A DNA stretch of 64,000 nt from Raillietiella orientalis (lineage: Eukaryota). Every line of letters begins with the position of its first letter. Position 1 is the first letter of the stretch. Positions 14,150 through 27,518 of this stretch are shown one piece after another. The translations under genes and the position numbers were made by a program. The stretch lies in the NCBI GenBank assembly GCA_036172245.1, contig JAYWIR010000035.1:1922001-1986000 (forward strand), written 5' to 3'. The notes beneath the pieces are model-generated. The model did no database searches and was not told the DNA's origin. It saw only the letters and a list, made by a program, of their open reading frames with translations.

Positions 14150-17100
14150 TTTGAGGCGAGCGCTTGTGTTTCCCGAATCTTCTAGAAACCTCGGCTTCCA
14201 GGAAAATGAATTTCGGCTACTTCGCTTCAAACAAGAACTGATTGCAGAGCTCTTGCACTTTTGGAGACATGCACTGTTATATGTCGTTTGTTGCCGGCAA
14301 CACGGGATCAAATATGCTACGAGTTCTTTATTCTACATGTGCTATGGTGAGGCAGAAAGAAGCATTTCAAGATATGAATCCACCGTCAGCCACGTTGCAC
14401 CCAAAAAGAAACCTTTTCGGAGGCCAGTCTGATTGCAAAAGCACATTGCTGGGCATCTTCGAGATTGTCCTCATGCCCGTGTTCTTGAGAACGGAAATTC
14501 GTTTCAAATTCCTTCCCACCTTTTCGCCTTGACCGTGCCGGGGGGTGGAAGCACTAAAGAGAATTCCGGATCTGTATAGTTGGACGAGCCTTTTTATTAC
14601 ATCCGGAAGACCAGACTGAATGCCCTTTCCGATTCCAGCAACGGAGGCGAATTTCGGATGAACTGGGCTCGGAATGCTTGCAGCATTGCTTGGGTTGAAC
14701 TTTAAAGGGTAACAGTTGTATATGCTGCTTTACAAGGCAATCGTGGAGAACCAAGAGAAAAAAACCATTTCCTGAAAGCTTTGTTTGGAGGGGGGGGGGA
14801 ATCACGTTTGAAACAAGCATTGCAGACGAATTTACGGTTTCTGGAACAAGCCAACACTTGGAAATCGCGTAAGTCGAGCAAGTCGTTTCACCCTATCTCT
14901 TCATCGGAGTCCTGAAGAAGTTGTGCTTCTGCATGTTGTTTGTGGGTTGCCCCCGGCTACACAGTAGCTCGGTCACCATGCAAATAGAGGAGTTTTTCCC
15001 TTTCTCGTGAGAGCAACTGTTCGAGGAGGATGCACACTGGAGCGCGAAAGTCCGCGCTGATGCTACAAAAATGAGGAACTCTCCAGTGCATTCTTTGCAA
15101 CGCTTCGAGTGCTTATTTAGAATTTCAGAAGAAAGCGGCAGCTGTGACAACCAAAATTCGGGCTATCCCGGCTAACATGATGATATTCGACGATTTGCAC
15201 AACTGTTCCTGAGACTGAAGAACCGGGAAACAAGGTACTTGATGAACAAAGAGTTGCTCGTGAAAACCCAGAATCAAACCAACTAACGTCAAGAGCGATC
15301 GAGTAACCCTGGTTGATATTGTGCACTTGTGAAGGTACTGTACTGTGTACACTTTCAGGAGATGGGTGAAAGGAAACAGGTGTGTGAAACCATTACTGGT
15401 CCCTATGGAGGCCATGGTGTCTGTAAGTAATGTTCCCCTGTCACTTCGAATCGAAATTCCGTGAAGGAACTTATCGATCGAATTTCATCTGCGTCAGAGG
15501 AAACGACAGGGACGAGCTTCCACTTGGTCCTACAAGAAGAAAGTAACGGAATATATATTTTTTCCCTTCAAACGAGGCACTTTCGTTGATTCCCCCCCTC
15601 CCCCAGCATTCGTGAATTTGTCATGAATGATTGAGCTTTCTGAAGAGTCTTCAAGAGATGGCTGATCAGAGTATAAGGTGTTCTTAGTTTGGACAAGATC
15701 AGCAGCCACGGCTGCTTCCTGGAAAGCAATGAAGCAGTTACGCCGCTTCGTGGAAACCTTAGTAACACCTTCCACCTTCCACACATTCGTTTCGTACCGA
15801 TTTGCTTCACTCATGGTTCGAAGAACGAAGCTGGAAGAAGGAATGGATATTTCAATCGGCGTATCACGCCGTTTGCTTTACAGGCATCAGCGATGGAGAG
15901 AACCCGCATGGAGCGCTCGTGGGAAGCAGAAGTACGGGAAAAGGGATTACTGAGCTGCTAGCTTGAGTGTGTTGTATGTGCGTCGAACACGCTCGGTGCA
16001 CGTTGCGCTGCCTGGCACGCATGTGGCACGGATCATCGGGTGTTTCGGTACCTAGGAAGGGGGAGAGCGGTTGTGAAAACAGGAGTTCCATGTAAGGGAT
16101 TCTGGCAGCATCATTTCTCGCGTCTCGGAAATAAGGCTCAACAGATCGAATGCTGAGTCGAAGCGCACAAGTTTTTGTGTAGCAGAAAAGAGAGACTTGC
16201 CTCCGGTACATTGTATCCGTGGAGAAGGACACTGATGATGAAAGGAATGACAACAGAGCATGGCGAGGAACACGAACGCTGGGAAAGTTGCGACATTTTT
16301 ACCGGAAACGCCTTGGGGGATAACTGGAGCGTGAAACAATAAAGTTAGTGTCACGTGTTTGAATGGTTTGCGTATCCCCTTCCTGTCACCTTCTCTTGGT
16401 ATCTTTTGGTATCTTTTCTTTCGCATCTTTGCAGAATCAGAGTGAAAAATCGGGTGAGATGCGTCTACTGGTGTTGCATCCCACCACACGCGTGTTCCGC
16501 AGATTTCCATCTCGCGTGCTCCATCCACGAACAAGTCGAGCAAGTACTTGCGACGCTAAATTCTTCGAAAGGGTACACGTCCTGATGCTGCACGAGCGCT
16601 CTGCTCAGCTCGGAAAAGATCGTTAGCAGCTGACGCGGTTCCGAATCTACTGTAGAGAAACTGCCTGTCTCGTGTCTGTTTCCAGACTCGTGGGCGAAAC
16701 TGGAGAGTCTTATTTGATCATGTTCTGATGTTCTGCGTGAGGTCGGGAACCGTCTTGGGTGCTCCCGCATTGGAAGAAGAATGATCTGCACCGTTCCTGT
16801 AGCATGTCGGATGGTTTGTTCTTGGCTTTGAAAGACCCAACTGACTTTCAGCGATATGCCTCCACTTCGTCCAGGTGTCGCTTGAATGATTGTGCACTGT
16901 GATACTCCAAATGGTCTTTGTGTACATGTGGAATTGAGGGATTTGTATGCCGTAGGCCATGTTCTAAAGCATAGATTCCCAAACATCAGTACATCCCCTT
17001 TTTCAGATAAAAAATTACTCAGAGCTCCCCTGAATCGTTCCAGCGCCCACCAGGGGGCGGTATCACCAACTTTGGGAACCTATGTTCTAGAGAAATGACC

Positions 17101-17500
17101 AGAGAGTCGATGAGTTTTCTAATGAAAATTAAGACAGATTAGTCATCATGATTTCCTCGATGGGGTTCGAAAGTTTCAAGGATTTACCCTCATGTATACA
17201 CTGACCAGTTACTTTTTTATGAGAATGGTATTTCTCCTCGAGTGCAAGTTTAACATATTCGTTGACGACTGGGAAATTTGAGTTGGGTGGTGAACGATGC
17301 GATGAATGCCCCAGATTTTTGAGTATTGCCAAGTACGTTTGTGGAGGTTGATCGATTCTTGGTCAAGGCGTTCCAGGGATTGCATCAATTTTTGCTCCCA
17401 CGAGAGAAGCAGTTCGTAAGCCGAGGACGCCCAGGTATCCGACATGTTCGTGCTGTTTGTGGCGCTCAGTGGGAATAATTCCATGGTTGTTGGTGACCAG
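14150..17500 (-). pseudogene. Degenerate Mononegavirales-like L polymerase EVE, domains colinear from block I to the methyltransferase
   Basis: In order on the minus strand: SAYELLLSWEQ (~17424), KNLGH (~17320), FGNLCFRTW (~16983), TKTIWSIT and VFQSQEQTI (decayed motifs B and C, ~16920-16810), VIPQGVSG (~16320), LSPFLGTETPDDP (~16060), ANRYETNVWKVEGVT (~15805), GNITYRH (~15439, PRNTase HR-like), CNVADGG...RSIFD (~14399, MTase-like). Many stops and frameshifts. Confidence 0.6.
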
Positions 17501-19410
17501 TAAACTCAAGGTGTTTCTGTTTCGCAAAGAGCCACGAATGAGTGAAATTCTAGCATCTGAAACCAGAAGTCTGGTATGACCAGCATCTTTTCTCAGCCAC
17601 AGATTCAGTGGTAAGAGAAGAGTTCCTATGAAAAATCTGAAAGCAGCTGAGGCAAGGACTATGATTAGCAGGAAGATGAATGAAAAGACAGAGATTTGGG
17701 TGGAGTATCCGTGTTCATTACCCGTAGGGAGTAGGTTGGTGTGCGGTCTGGTCATTCATGATAACATGCTGTAGAGAATCAGTGAGCTAATGGGGATGAG
17801 GATGGTTGTAGTGCGATCTTCAAGAAGGAAGAGGGCTGCTTCAAAAGGGAAGGAAGAAGGTGTGAGTACTGGAACATTACCAGCAATATCCTTGAGGATC
17901 TACAGGTTGATTTTAAGTCCGGTGAGCACATTCGGCCGAACCGGAATGATAGTGGGAGCTGAGGGAATGAGTTAATGATGGTGGTGAAGTGTGTAGTCTC
18001 CCGCAAGACTTTAGTGAGTGATTCAGTGAAAGACTACGGGGCTAGTGTGCGATTAACAGTAATGAATCAGAGTATCCATCTGTCGATCGATCTTTCTAGT
18101 ATGACGCGTAAGTGTGAATACTGAAGAACTTGCAGAATCTAGAGTTTATTAATTATGTTGAAAAACCTGAAAATGCCTACATAAAGTTCTTGTAACCTTG
18201 TGCGGTCTCGAAGAGTTTCTCGGAGGAGTTCCATCGGCTCTCATCAGTGGGGAAAAATCGGCTATACAAAATATGGTGCTTGTTGATGGATATTATTTAT
18301 CGTTCGTTGAGGAGAACAGACTCGACAAAACCCAGGAATCCAAAACGTCTTGTATGTTTTTGTTTGGGGGTACCAATGAGGACTTGGTAGAGTTAATCCA
18401 GTGACACCTATAGTGGTGGAGAAAAAGATGGATCCAGAGGTTCAGTAAGAAGGTGTTGCATGTCGCGTAGGACTGACTTTTTCCAGTCTTTCCAAACTTT
18501 CCATTCCTCCAGCTTACACAATCTTGATCAGTGCACTGAGTGCATGAGCATATGAGATCATGAAGGCCATTTGAGTCTCCTCATTGAGCAGGGGAAGTTT
18601 TAAACTCATAGTTTGGAACGTACTTTCAAGTATCAACATGGGGAACCAAATCCATCTCCAGCTCCGTTCTTATTCACGATATTGGTTGATTCTGGGGTCG
18701 CAGGAGGTCAAGCAAATGTTTCTCTTCCCCCCCCTCTTTCAACTTAGGCGTTCGTTCCCATCTCTCGACTTCTTGCAATTTTTATACATTTCCCTTCTTT
18801 CCTTTCTCATACGCCACTTTGTTTTTGTCTTACCCTGCCTCTGAATGCTCTTCCTTCCTTTCCATCTCGTGTTGACAACAGGGAGCTGTAGCTCACTGCA
18901 GTACACTTCCCGATCCTCACTTCCCTCTCCCGACTTTCACACCTGCTGAAATCGCGCTAGCTCCGAGCATCCTTGAATCGCGAATCTCACCGCTTGCTTT
19001 GTCAAAGGCGCGGCACGCGTGACTTCCCACTCCTGACAAGAAAAGCTGCTCCACTTCCTTCCGGGAGACGAGATAAAGTCCTGCCCTTGGTAGACTAGAG
19101 AGAAATTACGGACAAATGGAAAGACATGATTCAGGGAAGAAGGATTCATCTTCCTGGAGCTCGGGGATCCTTCCTTTTGTCAATAAAAACCTGGATGCTC
19201 GCCCACGTAGCATTGCATTACGCCCTGATCCCACAGAAATTCGTGTCCTACGCTTCCATGTGACTGAGGAATCACCCAGCGGCGGCATCTCGATACGACA
19301 CTCCTTTTTTCCAGACGGATGAATCTCTGTTCGTTCAGGTTCAAAATGCGCTCTCAGACCAGTATCTTCCAGAAGACATGAATCGGTATAGGGGGATGCT
19401 TCTTCTGTTT

Positions 19411-22400
19411 AGCACCCGGATGTGCCGGGGCATTTATTTTGAAAATAAACATACATGTGTAGGTCCATCGTCCCTACATTGTCCGAAAATGTTCAGATCC
19501 TGCCGAGGATCCGGCACGCAGGCCGGCGAGGTTCTCCTAGGCAGCGGAAGGGGGCAAGCAGGAAATAAAAATAAAGCAAAAAAGACACTATGTACAAAAA
19601 ATTGGGAGGGTTAGGGGAGGGATCACCGGGAGCTGGAGGACGTCCTCTGCATCCTTTGCAGGATGGCGGCCAGTTCCATCCGAGTATGCCCCAGGTGGGG
19701 CCATCTGACTGCCGTCCTCAGGAAGCGCAGGGCGAAGCGGATGGCGTCCTTAGAGCGCCGTCCTCCTCTCGCGTAGCTCCAGGCCGCCGCAATCCCCCGT
19801 AGGCAGCAGCAAAGAGCTGCCGGGGATGCGGCAGGCGAAAGGGCATCGCGCACGAAGAGGCGTCCCTGGAATTGCACCAAGGGCCGTTGCCTAACGCAAC
19901 CCCACGGGCCGGAGGACAACACAGTCAACGAGCACGTGCGGGAGGGATTTCCGTTCTTCGCACCTGCAGCAGTTGGAGTTCGCAGCCCCCCGGGTCCAGT
20001 GAGAGCGGCGGGCGTTGCTCGGGAGACCCCAGTGCAACAGCAGAAGTGCCGACTCCAGCCACTATTCGGAGGGAGGGAGGTGCGATCGTTCTTCAGAGCT
20101 GGGGGCCACTCGTGGTTTCCCTGAGGGATTCCCAGCAGCTCGCCCCAGCGCAATAGCCCTTTCGGTGAGGCACTTGAGGTCGCAGAGTCCGTGAGCTGGC
20201 CCCTGGTCCAACCACCCCATTCCTTCGCTCTTCCACCGATCTCATGTCGGACCTCCCGTTTGGCCGGCTGGTTACTGTCCAGGTGCTTCCTGAGGGAGAG
20301 CAGTGCCGCGGCTAGGGAGGTTCTTTGTGCCCACGCACACGTGGTGGGTTGCTGCACGATGACGTCCTGTGGCGAGCGGTTGTTATAAAAAGAGTGCAGC
20401 AGTTGCTACCGCGACTCCGGGCTCCCTTCCATGCTCTGGACCCACGTGAGAACGTTTCCTGCCACCAGGCACTACCGTTCGAGAGCCGGCAAAAGATCCA
20501 GTGTTGGTCCTGGTTCGTTTGGCCACACGCAGGAGCTCCAGTCCGCAACGGAACAGGTAGCGTCGTTGCCGCCGCGCCAGGAAGGAAGACAGTCTCGCGC
20601 AGCCGGTGGCTCGCTGAACCAGGTGTCGTGCAGGCTGCCACTAGTTTGTGTTTTATATCTTCGCCACTAATGCGAGTGTCCTCCACTGAAGCTACAGCTC
20701 CAGCCGTTTCAGTGTCAGGAGGCCGAGACCTCTGTTGCGACACGGAGAGCATAAGTCCTTCAGGCGAACTCGGGGTCTCTCTGTGTCCCAGGAGTCGATT
20801 CTGAGCAGGTTCTTAGTCCGTCTTTTGTTTGCATCCCACCTACTCAGTGGGGTGCAAACAAACAGCAGGGGGCGGAAGTGGGGGGTCATAAACGTGTTCC
20901 ACGACGCGGCCCGTCCCAGCAAGAGAAACTTGCCATTCTGGAACGCGCCGATCGTCGACTCTGCCTTCTGGAGACAGCTGGACCATGGTTTCGCTGGAGA
21001 ATAGTCCCCCAAAGGTACACCGAGGTACTTGAAATACCCGCCCATGGGGATTCCCGAACGGATCCAGTTCAGCTTCCCCACCCACGCCGAACCGACTGCT
21101 ACCACAGACGATTTCGCCTTGTTCACCTACAGTCCTGTCCTGTAACTTAACAGCTCGAAGGAATCTTCGAGCGCCGATGCCAGAGTGGACTTGGGGAGCA
21201 GCAGCAGAAGATCGTCCGCATACGCTGAACCGTCGGTGTGCCTGGACACGAGCGTGGCAGGAGAGCCATAATCTCCCCGTATACCCTCAGCACCAACTCG
21301 AAGTAGGTGCTGAAGAGAAAGGGGCTCACTCTGTCGCCCTGCCGTATCCCGCGGCTCACCGGAACACCGTACACGTTTTGACCTCGGAAAGGAATGTTGG
21401 TTAGCGCGTCGCGCCAGCAGGAGCGGAAGTCGTTAAAGAGCCTTTAAAGAGGCCAGGAAGTCCACACGTTCCAGGAGATCCAGAAGAAGCTCCTGGCCGA
21501 TGCAATCTTATGCTTTGCGCAAGTCGACTGCGACTGCAAGAGCCCCCTCCCTTCCGATCATCCCGTCTACCACTAGCGGACGCCCCGGAACTCGGGATGC
21601 CGACTGTGTTCCTTTCATTCATTCTTCCTCTCTGGAACCGAAACCAGGTGTTCGCGAGGGAGAGGTTGGAATCCATACTTCGCCCGGAAACAGCGTAAGT
21701 CTGTTTCGGGCTAATTACGCACTCTGGCACCCGTCTTAATCTCTCCGACCACAGTTTCGCCAGGCGTTCGCGTTCAACATGGTGATCGGACGCCAGTTGC
21801 TTAGGTTCCACAAGTTACCTCCCTTCGGGAGGAGACTCATCCGTTCCGATCGGAAGGAGACGGGAACGTCGCTTGTCTCTCGAATCAGTAGCGCTAAGCG
21901 TTGCACCATAGGGGTCATCTCCGCCGTGTAGCATTGGAAGAACTCCTCGGGAAGGCAGTCCTCCCCTGGCGCCTCCCGCCTCTTGAGCTTCCTGATTGCG
22001 GTGATGATTTCATTCATCCTGAAAGGCTCGTCGAGGCGTGCTCTCTCCTCCTCACCGATCTCTGGAAGCAAGAGCCGAGAGATGCCCCTCTCCGGGGGTA
22101 CCCTAGTGTACAAGGAGGAACAATAATTGAGCACTAGGAGCTTTACTGCCTCCAAGGCCTAGTGTGCCTGACCCAGATTACCAGGCTTACCGCACGGGTC
22201 CGGCTTTGTACTCTGCCAGTCTTCGTACGTCAGGTGTTCGGGTGTAGCGACGGCCCTGAAAGTACCCTCTTTCGTTGCGAGCACCCTCTCCGAATCCTCT
22301 AGGGAGACGGTCCAGGGGGAAACGCTCGCAGAACTCTCGGACCGAGACCTTCGAATTGTCCCAGGCGTCGAGAGTCTGCACGCTGAGATCTTGCAGGAAC

Positions 22401-22470
22401 GCGCGGTGTTTTGCTGCACCTAGCATGTTGAGCCAGTCCCTCGGAAGTCGCCACGAAGTCGCCCGCCTTT
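19411..22470 (-). mobile_element. 5'-truncated, frameshifted L1/Tx1-like non-LTR retrotransposon (ORF2 RT, zinc knuckle, 3' UTR)
   Basis: WRLPRDWL...WDNSK, EIITAIRKLKRREAPGED, LLPKGGNL..NWRPITMLN, RGIRQGDRVSPFLF, YADD (21211-21222), FKYLGVPL, CCRCEERESLPHVLVDC. The 3' end carries AATAAA and a hairpin at 19413-19438. Confidence 0.92.
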
Positions 22471-22474
22471 GGGG

Positions 22475-23055
22475 AGGGATGGAATCGCCTTCGCACCTAC
22501 TGTGCGTTTGCAGTGACTTGCAGGACTTGTGGCGGAGACTCGCTTCGGCGCTCCGTCGACCTCTGGAGGACCCTCTACTTTGGGCTTGCTGCGACACTAC
22601 TTCACTGGAAGCGGGCTGAAGAAGAGTGCTGCGATCACAACAGTTCGTTGTGTTCGCATCATAGTGACAGCCCGCCACGTGTTGGAGTCAGGTTCGCGGC
22701 GAAGAGAGGCCACCAGCATGGCAGCCACAGCCCTCATGAGGACAGCAGCAAAGTGGCCTCATCTGCCAGAAGAAGTTTCCAGGGATATCGCCACTATCCA
22801 CAGCCGATTCTAGAAGTTAAGGAACGTCTTGCAACGGAGATCCCTGTCCCAACCCTCCCGTGCTTTTGTTAATTATTCATTTTCCTCTCCCTCCGTTCCC
22901 TACTTTTTGGAAGCCGGCCTGCGTGCCAGTGGTGATCCCGAATAAGCTTTTTTTTTTTTGGCATTTTTTTGGGGGGAGGAGGGGAGAACTTCTCTTTCCC
23001 TCTTCCTTGTAGTTTATTTTTTTAAAATAAACTCCTGGCGTAACCGGGTTCGAAC
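22475..23055 (+). mobile_element. 3' fragment of an L1/Tx1-like LINE (ORF2 C-terminus plus 3' UTR), copy A
   Basis: ESPSHLLCVC knuckle and RTAAKWPHL C-terminus are homologous to the 19.4-22.5 kb element. 22522-23055 is near-identical to the reverse complement of 50552-51086. Confidence 0.85.
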
Positions 23056-25599
23056 CTACCCAGTCGAGAAGATGTGAACCTTCTTTTGGTTATTTCCCCC
23101 TGATCAGTGCCTGATTGACTGAGGGGATGACACTTGCAATCGTTCTGGGAATTGATTATCAAATAACTAAGATTTATTTCTGATAAAAAAAACAAAACAG
23201 AACACTTCGTATGCAATGACGGGAAAAGGTGTTTCCGAGGACAGGGTCAGCTAACATGACGGAAATAATTGCATTAAATTGGCATTCCAGTTGCTCAATT
23301 TTGGCAAAGAGATGAATCTCCAGCGCAGCAAATTAGACCCTTTGAGACGACGGGGTCGTCCAAGTGTGTTCGGGACCGGGAGCAAAAGCGGTCTGTGGTT
23401 CCTACAGTGCCGGCAGATTCACACAGGCATGCATGACGAGTGCTATTCGCTTGCTCCGGTCAGCCGACGTGGGAACTTCCGCCAACGAAAGGTGCGCACT
23501 CTGCGGCGGACCGGCAGCCAAGCCCCAAAGCGCTGAGTTGTCACCGCTCGCTCGGGCTCATTCGGAAGCGTCGTCTGTCCTCCGGCTTGCGTCCATTAAG
23601 CCCCTCGAAGATTCCTCGAGATGCTGTGGGAATGGAAGCGAATCCCCCTGGGGAGCAATTTCCTTTCGTGTGCCGCACCTGCCGGCGCCACGCTGACAAT
23701 GGTGGAGGCGACCGCGGACCTGCTCGAGTCCGATATGCTGCTCCGACCGCGTTCCCGCGGTGTTGCAGGGGCATCTCCACCCGAAGGCAACTTGCGTCAG
23801 CTCTCTGCGACCGCAAACAGCATCGCGGTGTTTCCGGCTCACATGAAGCCTTTAGCTCCGACGGTCCAGTTGGCAGTTGAGAAAGCTCGGTATCTCCAAA
23901 TCCATATCGCTCAATCAAAATCGCGAACTTAGGAAGCGAATGGCCGTCAAAACCACAAAGCGTGGGATCAATGACCCTGGATGTATCAGGCAGTGTCAAA
24001 AGTGGGGATTTGAATTCGAATCCGGTGCTCTGGGACAGACTCGAGTCCGCTGCAGCATTCCAAGAAATCGTAGTTGAAGATTTATCTGAAATCATAGTAA
24101 TGTTATTATAATGGGAGTGGAGGGAATTTGAGGGTGAGATATGCTACCTCCCAACGGACATCTGCTTTTATGTAGATAAGTGTAATCTTTCCAAAGAGGT
24201 AAAATTGTTGCTATGCCCAGCCCTGAAAAGGTATCGATACAAAACTGCTCCTGTCCGAGGCAGACCTCAATTTAGCAGACTGGAAAAGAAGCTCGTCGTC
24301 GCTGCCATCAAAAAAAAAAGCTGTTTTTCGTGTCATCACGTGCCTTCAAGCAAGAAACCACTTTCCAAGAGGAAGCCCCGAAGAAAAGATTCAAGAAGCG
24401 TGCGACCATTGAGGTAAAAGCAGTAAACTTACAGTCTGATTTCCAGCAACACACTTTGATCGGCAAGCTGCGGATTGTTTGACTAAGCAATGCTTTTCGG
24501 GAAATTTTCACACTGCTAAAAGCTGCTCATGTAGGGAGATAGATGCTTAACTCTATCCGGAGCCCCAAGCTATGGACCTGCAAATCATGGGGCTCTTGGT
24601 TCAAATTGTCATCGAGAACCACGATTCCCTGAGTTTCTTAGGGTCAAAATCATTTTTTTTTAATGCCTTAATAAATTGCTACTGCCATGAGTAAGGTAGT
24701 CAGGGGAAAAAAAAAACGCTTAAAAAATTGGCCCTGAATGCAATCCCTCGAAGTCAGTTTTAATGATGGAATAATTCAAGAAAAGAAGTAAAATGATTCA
24801 GTCTACCACCCTTAAATAGAATGTACTTCCGTCAGTGAGGTCGGAAGCTCGCGAACGATAATCCTGAAGGTAAATACTCGTACACCCATGAGTACAAAAT
24901 AAATAAAATACAAAGTAAATGCTGTTTGGATCTTGAAACCGATCACTGATCATTTGTTAGACTTGCATAGCACCATGAGTTAAGAACAGTCGGTGTCTAC
25001 CAAGAAAACTTGGGGATGGCTTGATGAAATTGAGACATCTTAAAATTCCTAAGAGTTTATGAGGAGCAAACGAAAACAAAGTGAGCAGATCTAGAATGCT
25101 CATGAAACCGGTCATCATAGGAAGTGTCTCTCAATAAGTTTGACCTGAATGGGGAAGGACTGGATATAGACCAGTCTCAGCAAGATCCTAAATGGATATA
25201 TTCTGAGGCTCTGCAGATAATTCCATATTGTGTCGATGATAAAGAGTAGAGTTTGAATTCGGAAGGAAAGAAGTCAGGAGAGGCAAAATGAGATATGAAG
25301 TTAAGCATTTTAGTTAACCCGATGAATGAACAGCGAAGTGACGAGACCTGGTAAGAATGCACCTGCAATAGATGTTGCCTGATGTGATAGGAAGTACGAA
25401 TTGAATCGAAAATGCAGTAAGAATGATTCAGTTACCACGAAAGGGAAAAATCATTGTTATCGGATGATAGTTAATTTCCTACGCATTTCGAATAACTGAT
25501 TCCTGGTCAAGGATTTATTATCCCCTTTCATCGAATGCTCCGACCATGATTACTTACCTGATTCAATCTTTGCTGCAGTGTGCAATCAGCATCTCGAAG

Positions 25600-25770
25600 G
25601 GGAATAATCGGAGAACCTTCATGAACCTTAACGAAAGCTGGGATTCCAAAGTACTTTTGCAGTCTCCACTACAACCCGAGCAATTGAAGGTTTTGCTGAG
25701 TACGATGGAAAAGAGCCACGACAACGATTCAGGTACAATTATAGCCGAAAATGCTTATCATCGATGACGG
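25600..25770 (+). pseudogene. Possible mononegaviral L N-terminal fragment
   Basis: MNLNESWDSKVLLQSPLQPEQLKVLL resembles the L N-terminal LxSPL motif. Single motif only. Confidence 0.2.
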
Positions 25771-27518
25771 TTGTCAAAGATGAAGCCAGTAAGCAAACGG
25801 TGAAAGCTTGACTACTAATTTTAGCAAATTGTAGAGACGAGATAGTAAAAGAAGAAAGTATTCAATGGCGGTTACATGTCGATGCTGAAGTGTAATGCAG
25901 CTAGGTACCTTTCTGGATGAGATGGTGGATCAGCAATGAGTGATACAAAGTGCCTCATATACAGATAAAGAGAACAAATATATACTTTCAAAAACGTATA
26001 TGAATTGTTTGCAAAAAAAAGTGTCGATATCCCGTTGAATTTTCTCGAGCTCCCAGAACAAGGCAAAATTTTCTTTCTTTTAGTGAATACTTCTCTGAAA
26101 ACCTGTGAGAAAAAACAACTCATAAATGTGTTCATATTTAAAGGTATGGCATGATTTTTTTTTTTTCGAGACTTAGTTACTCCATTAAACATATGCAAGC
26201 GAAAGTAATTCTCAATCACACAAGACATTGTGGGTATCATTTCACAACTGAATGAACACTGCGAACACTTTGTTGAACATCGTCTCATTTTTCCAGGAAT
26301 GAGCCTCCAAATCGAGATAATCGTGTAACCTCGCTACTTTTCCAATTCGGCTCACACTTTGCATGCCAGTGTCGGTGTTAATAAGTGATCCCAACACCCA
26401 GAGGCATCCCCAACACATCTGCATGTGCTGGTCGACTATTTGGACGGTGTGGACACAAAAATTCTCATGTAGGGGACACGGATGTATTCATACATCGACT
26501 CTTTTTTTTGGGGGAGAGGAATACCTCGATGGTGTGAATAATGGATGTGCATTGTGAAACAAATAATAAAGAGAAAAATCAGGTGACTAGCACAGAGGAT
26601 TTGTGAAACGATTAGCTGTTTCTTGAAGATAATGTTTCCGTTTTTGCAGCCATCGAAAAATCGGATTTTTTTCAGCTCATATGAAACTCTGATCCGCGAA
26701 ACGAGGCACTCAGGACACTTATGCTGCTGTGTATGAAAACTTGAAGATTTTAGGTTCACATGCACTCAAATTTGTAATTAATATACATACTGTAAAACCT
26801 GCAGAACCCAATAGTAATCACAATCATGCAAGATTTCAATCTTCGATAAACACCATGGAATTCCCATAGTTTTCGAAACTGAGACCTCATTCAATTTTTC
26901 TCAATCTGACTGCTTTTAAATGGTCATCTTTCTGTTTTCTTTGGCACTTTTTTCAGACGAATTCCTATAAACGAGGAGCGTGGCACTCTTTGTCACGCAA
27001 TGCGGATGATTGCAGTTTTCCATCAGGATGGGAAAGACGAGCTTTTCCACGGAATCCATTTTTTTTGAGTTTTACTCGGGGGCATGCATGACTTGCTCGG
27101 GGCCGAGACTGGTCTCCCTTGGTTTCTCCTCGTCCAGAGCTCTCTTGAATCTCTGACGTCATTTACTCGGCCAGTTGAATGCCTGTGGTGACTATGCGGC
27201 CGTAAGAGCTTCACCAGAGCGTAGAAAGGTAGATGAAAACAGCTTGAAGTCACACTCAATCAAATTGAGACAGTACATTTCATGCGCACTTATATAACGA
27301 TGTTAGTGGCTTTTAAAATTATAAACGTGCCCGGAACTTTGACGAAGAGTTGAGGAGTGTTCCCAGTTTGCCGTTGCTTTGGTTCCAAATTAAATCAAGT
27401 TCCAGAAAAGTTACCCCGCTGTTGTAGTCGCTGCGTTATCCCAAAAATGTGTTCATAGCATTCTCTCCTGTCGAAAAGAAAGGAAAAGAAAAGAGACATG
27501 TGGCAGTACGGGAAACAT

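Noticed and set aside
19411..23055. Single twin-primed (5'-inverted) LINE insertion
   Set aside because: Both halves have their own diverged ORF2 C-terminus and 3' end, so they are two elements.
23040..23056. tRNA/SINE B box (GGTTCGAAC)
   Set aside because: No A box or cloverleaf; it is part of the LINE 3' terminus.
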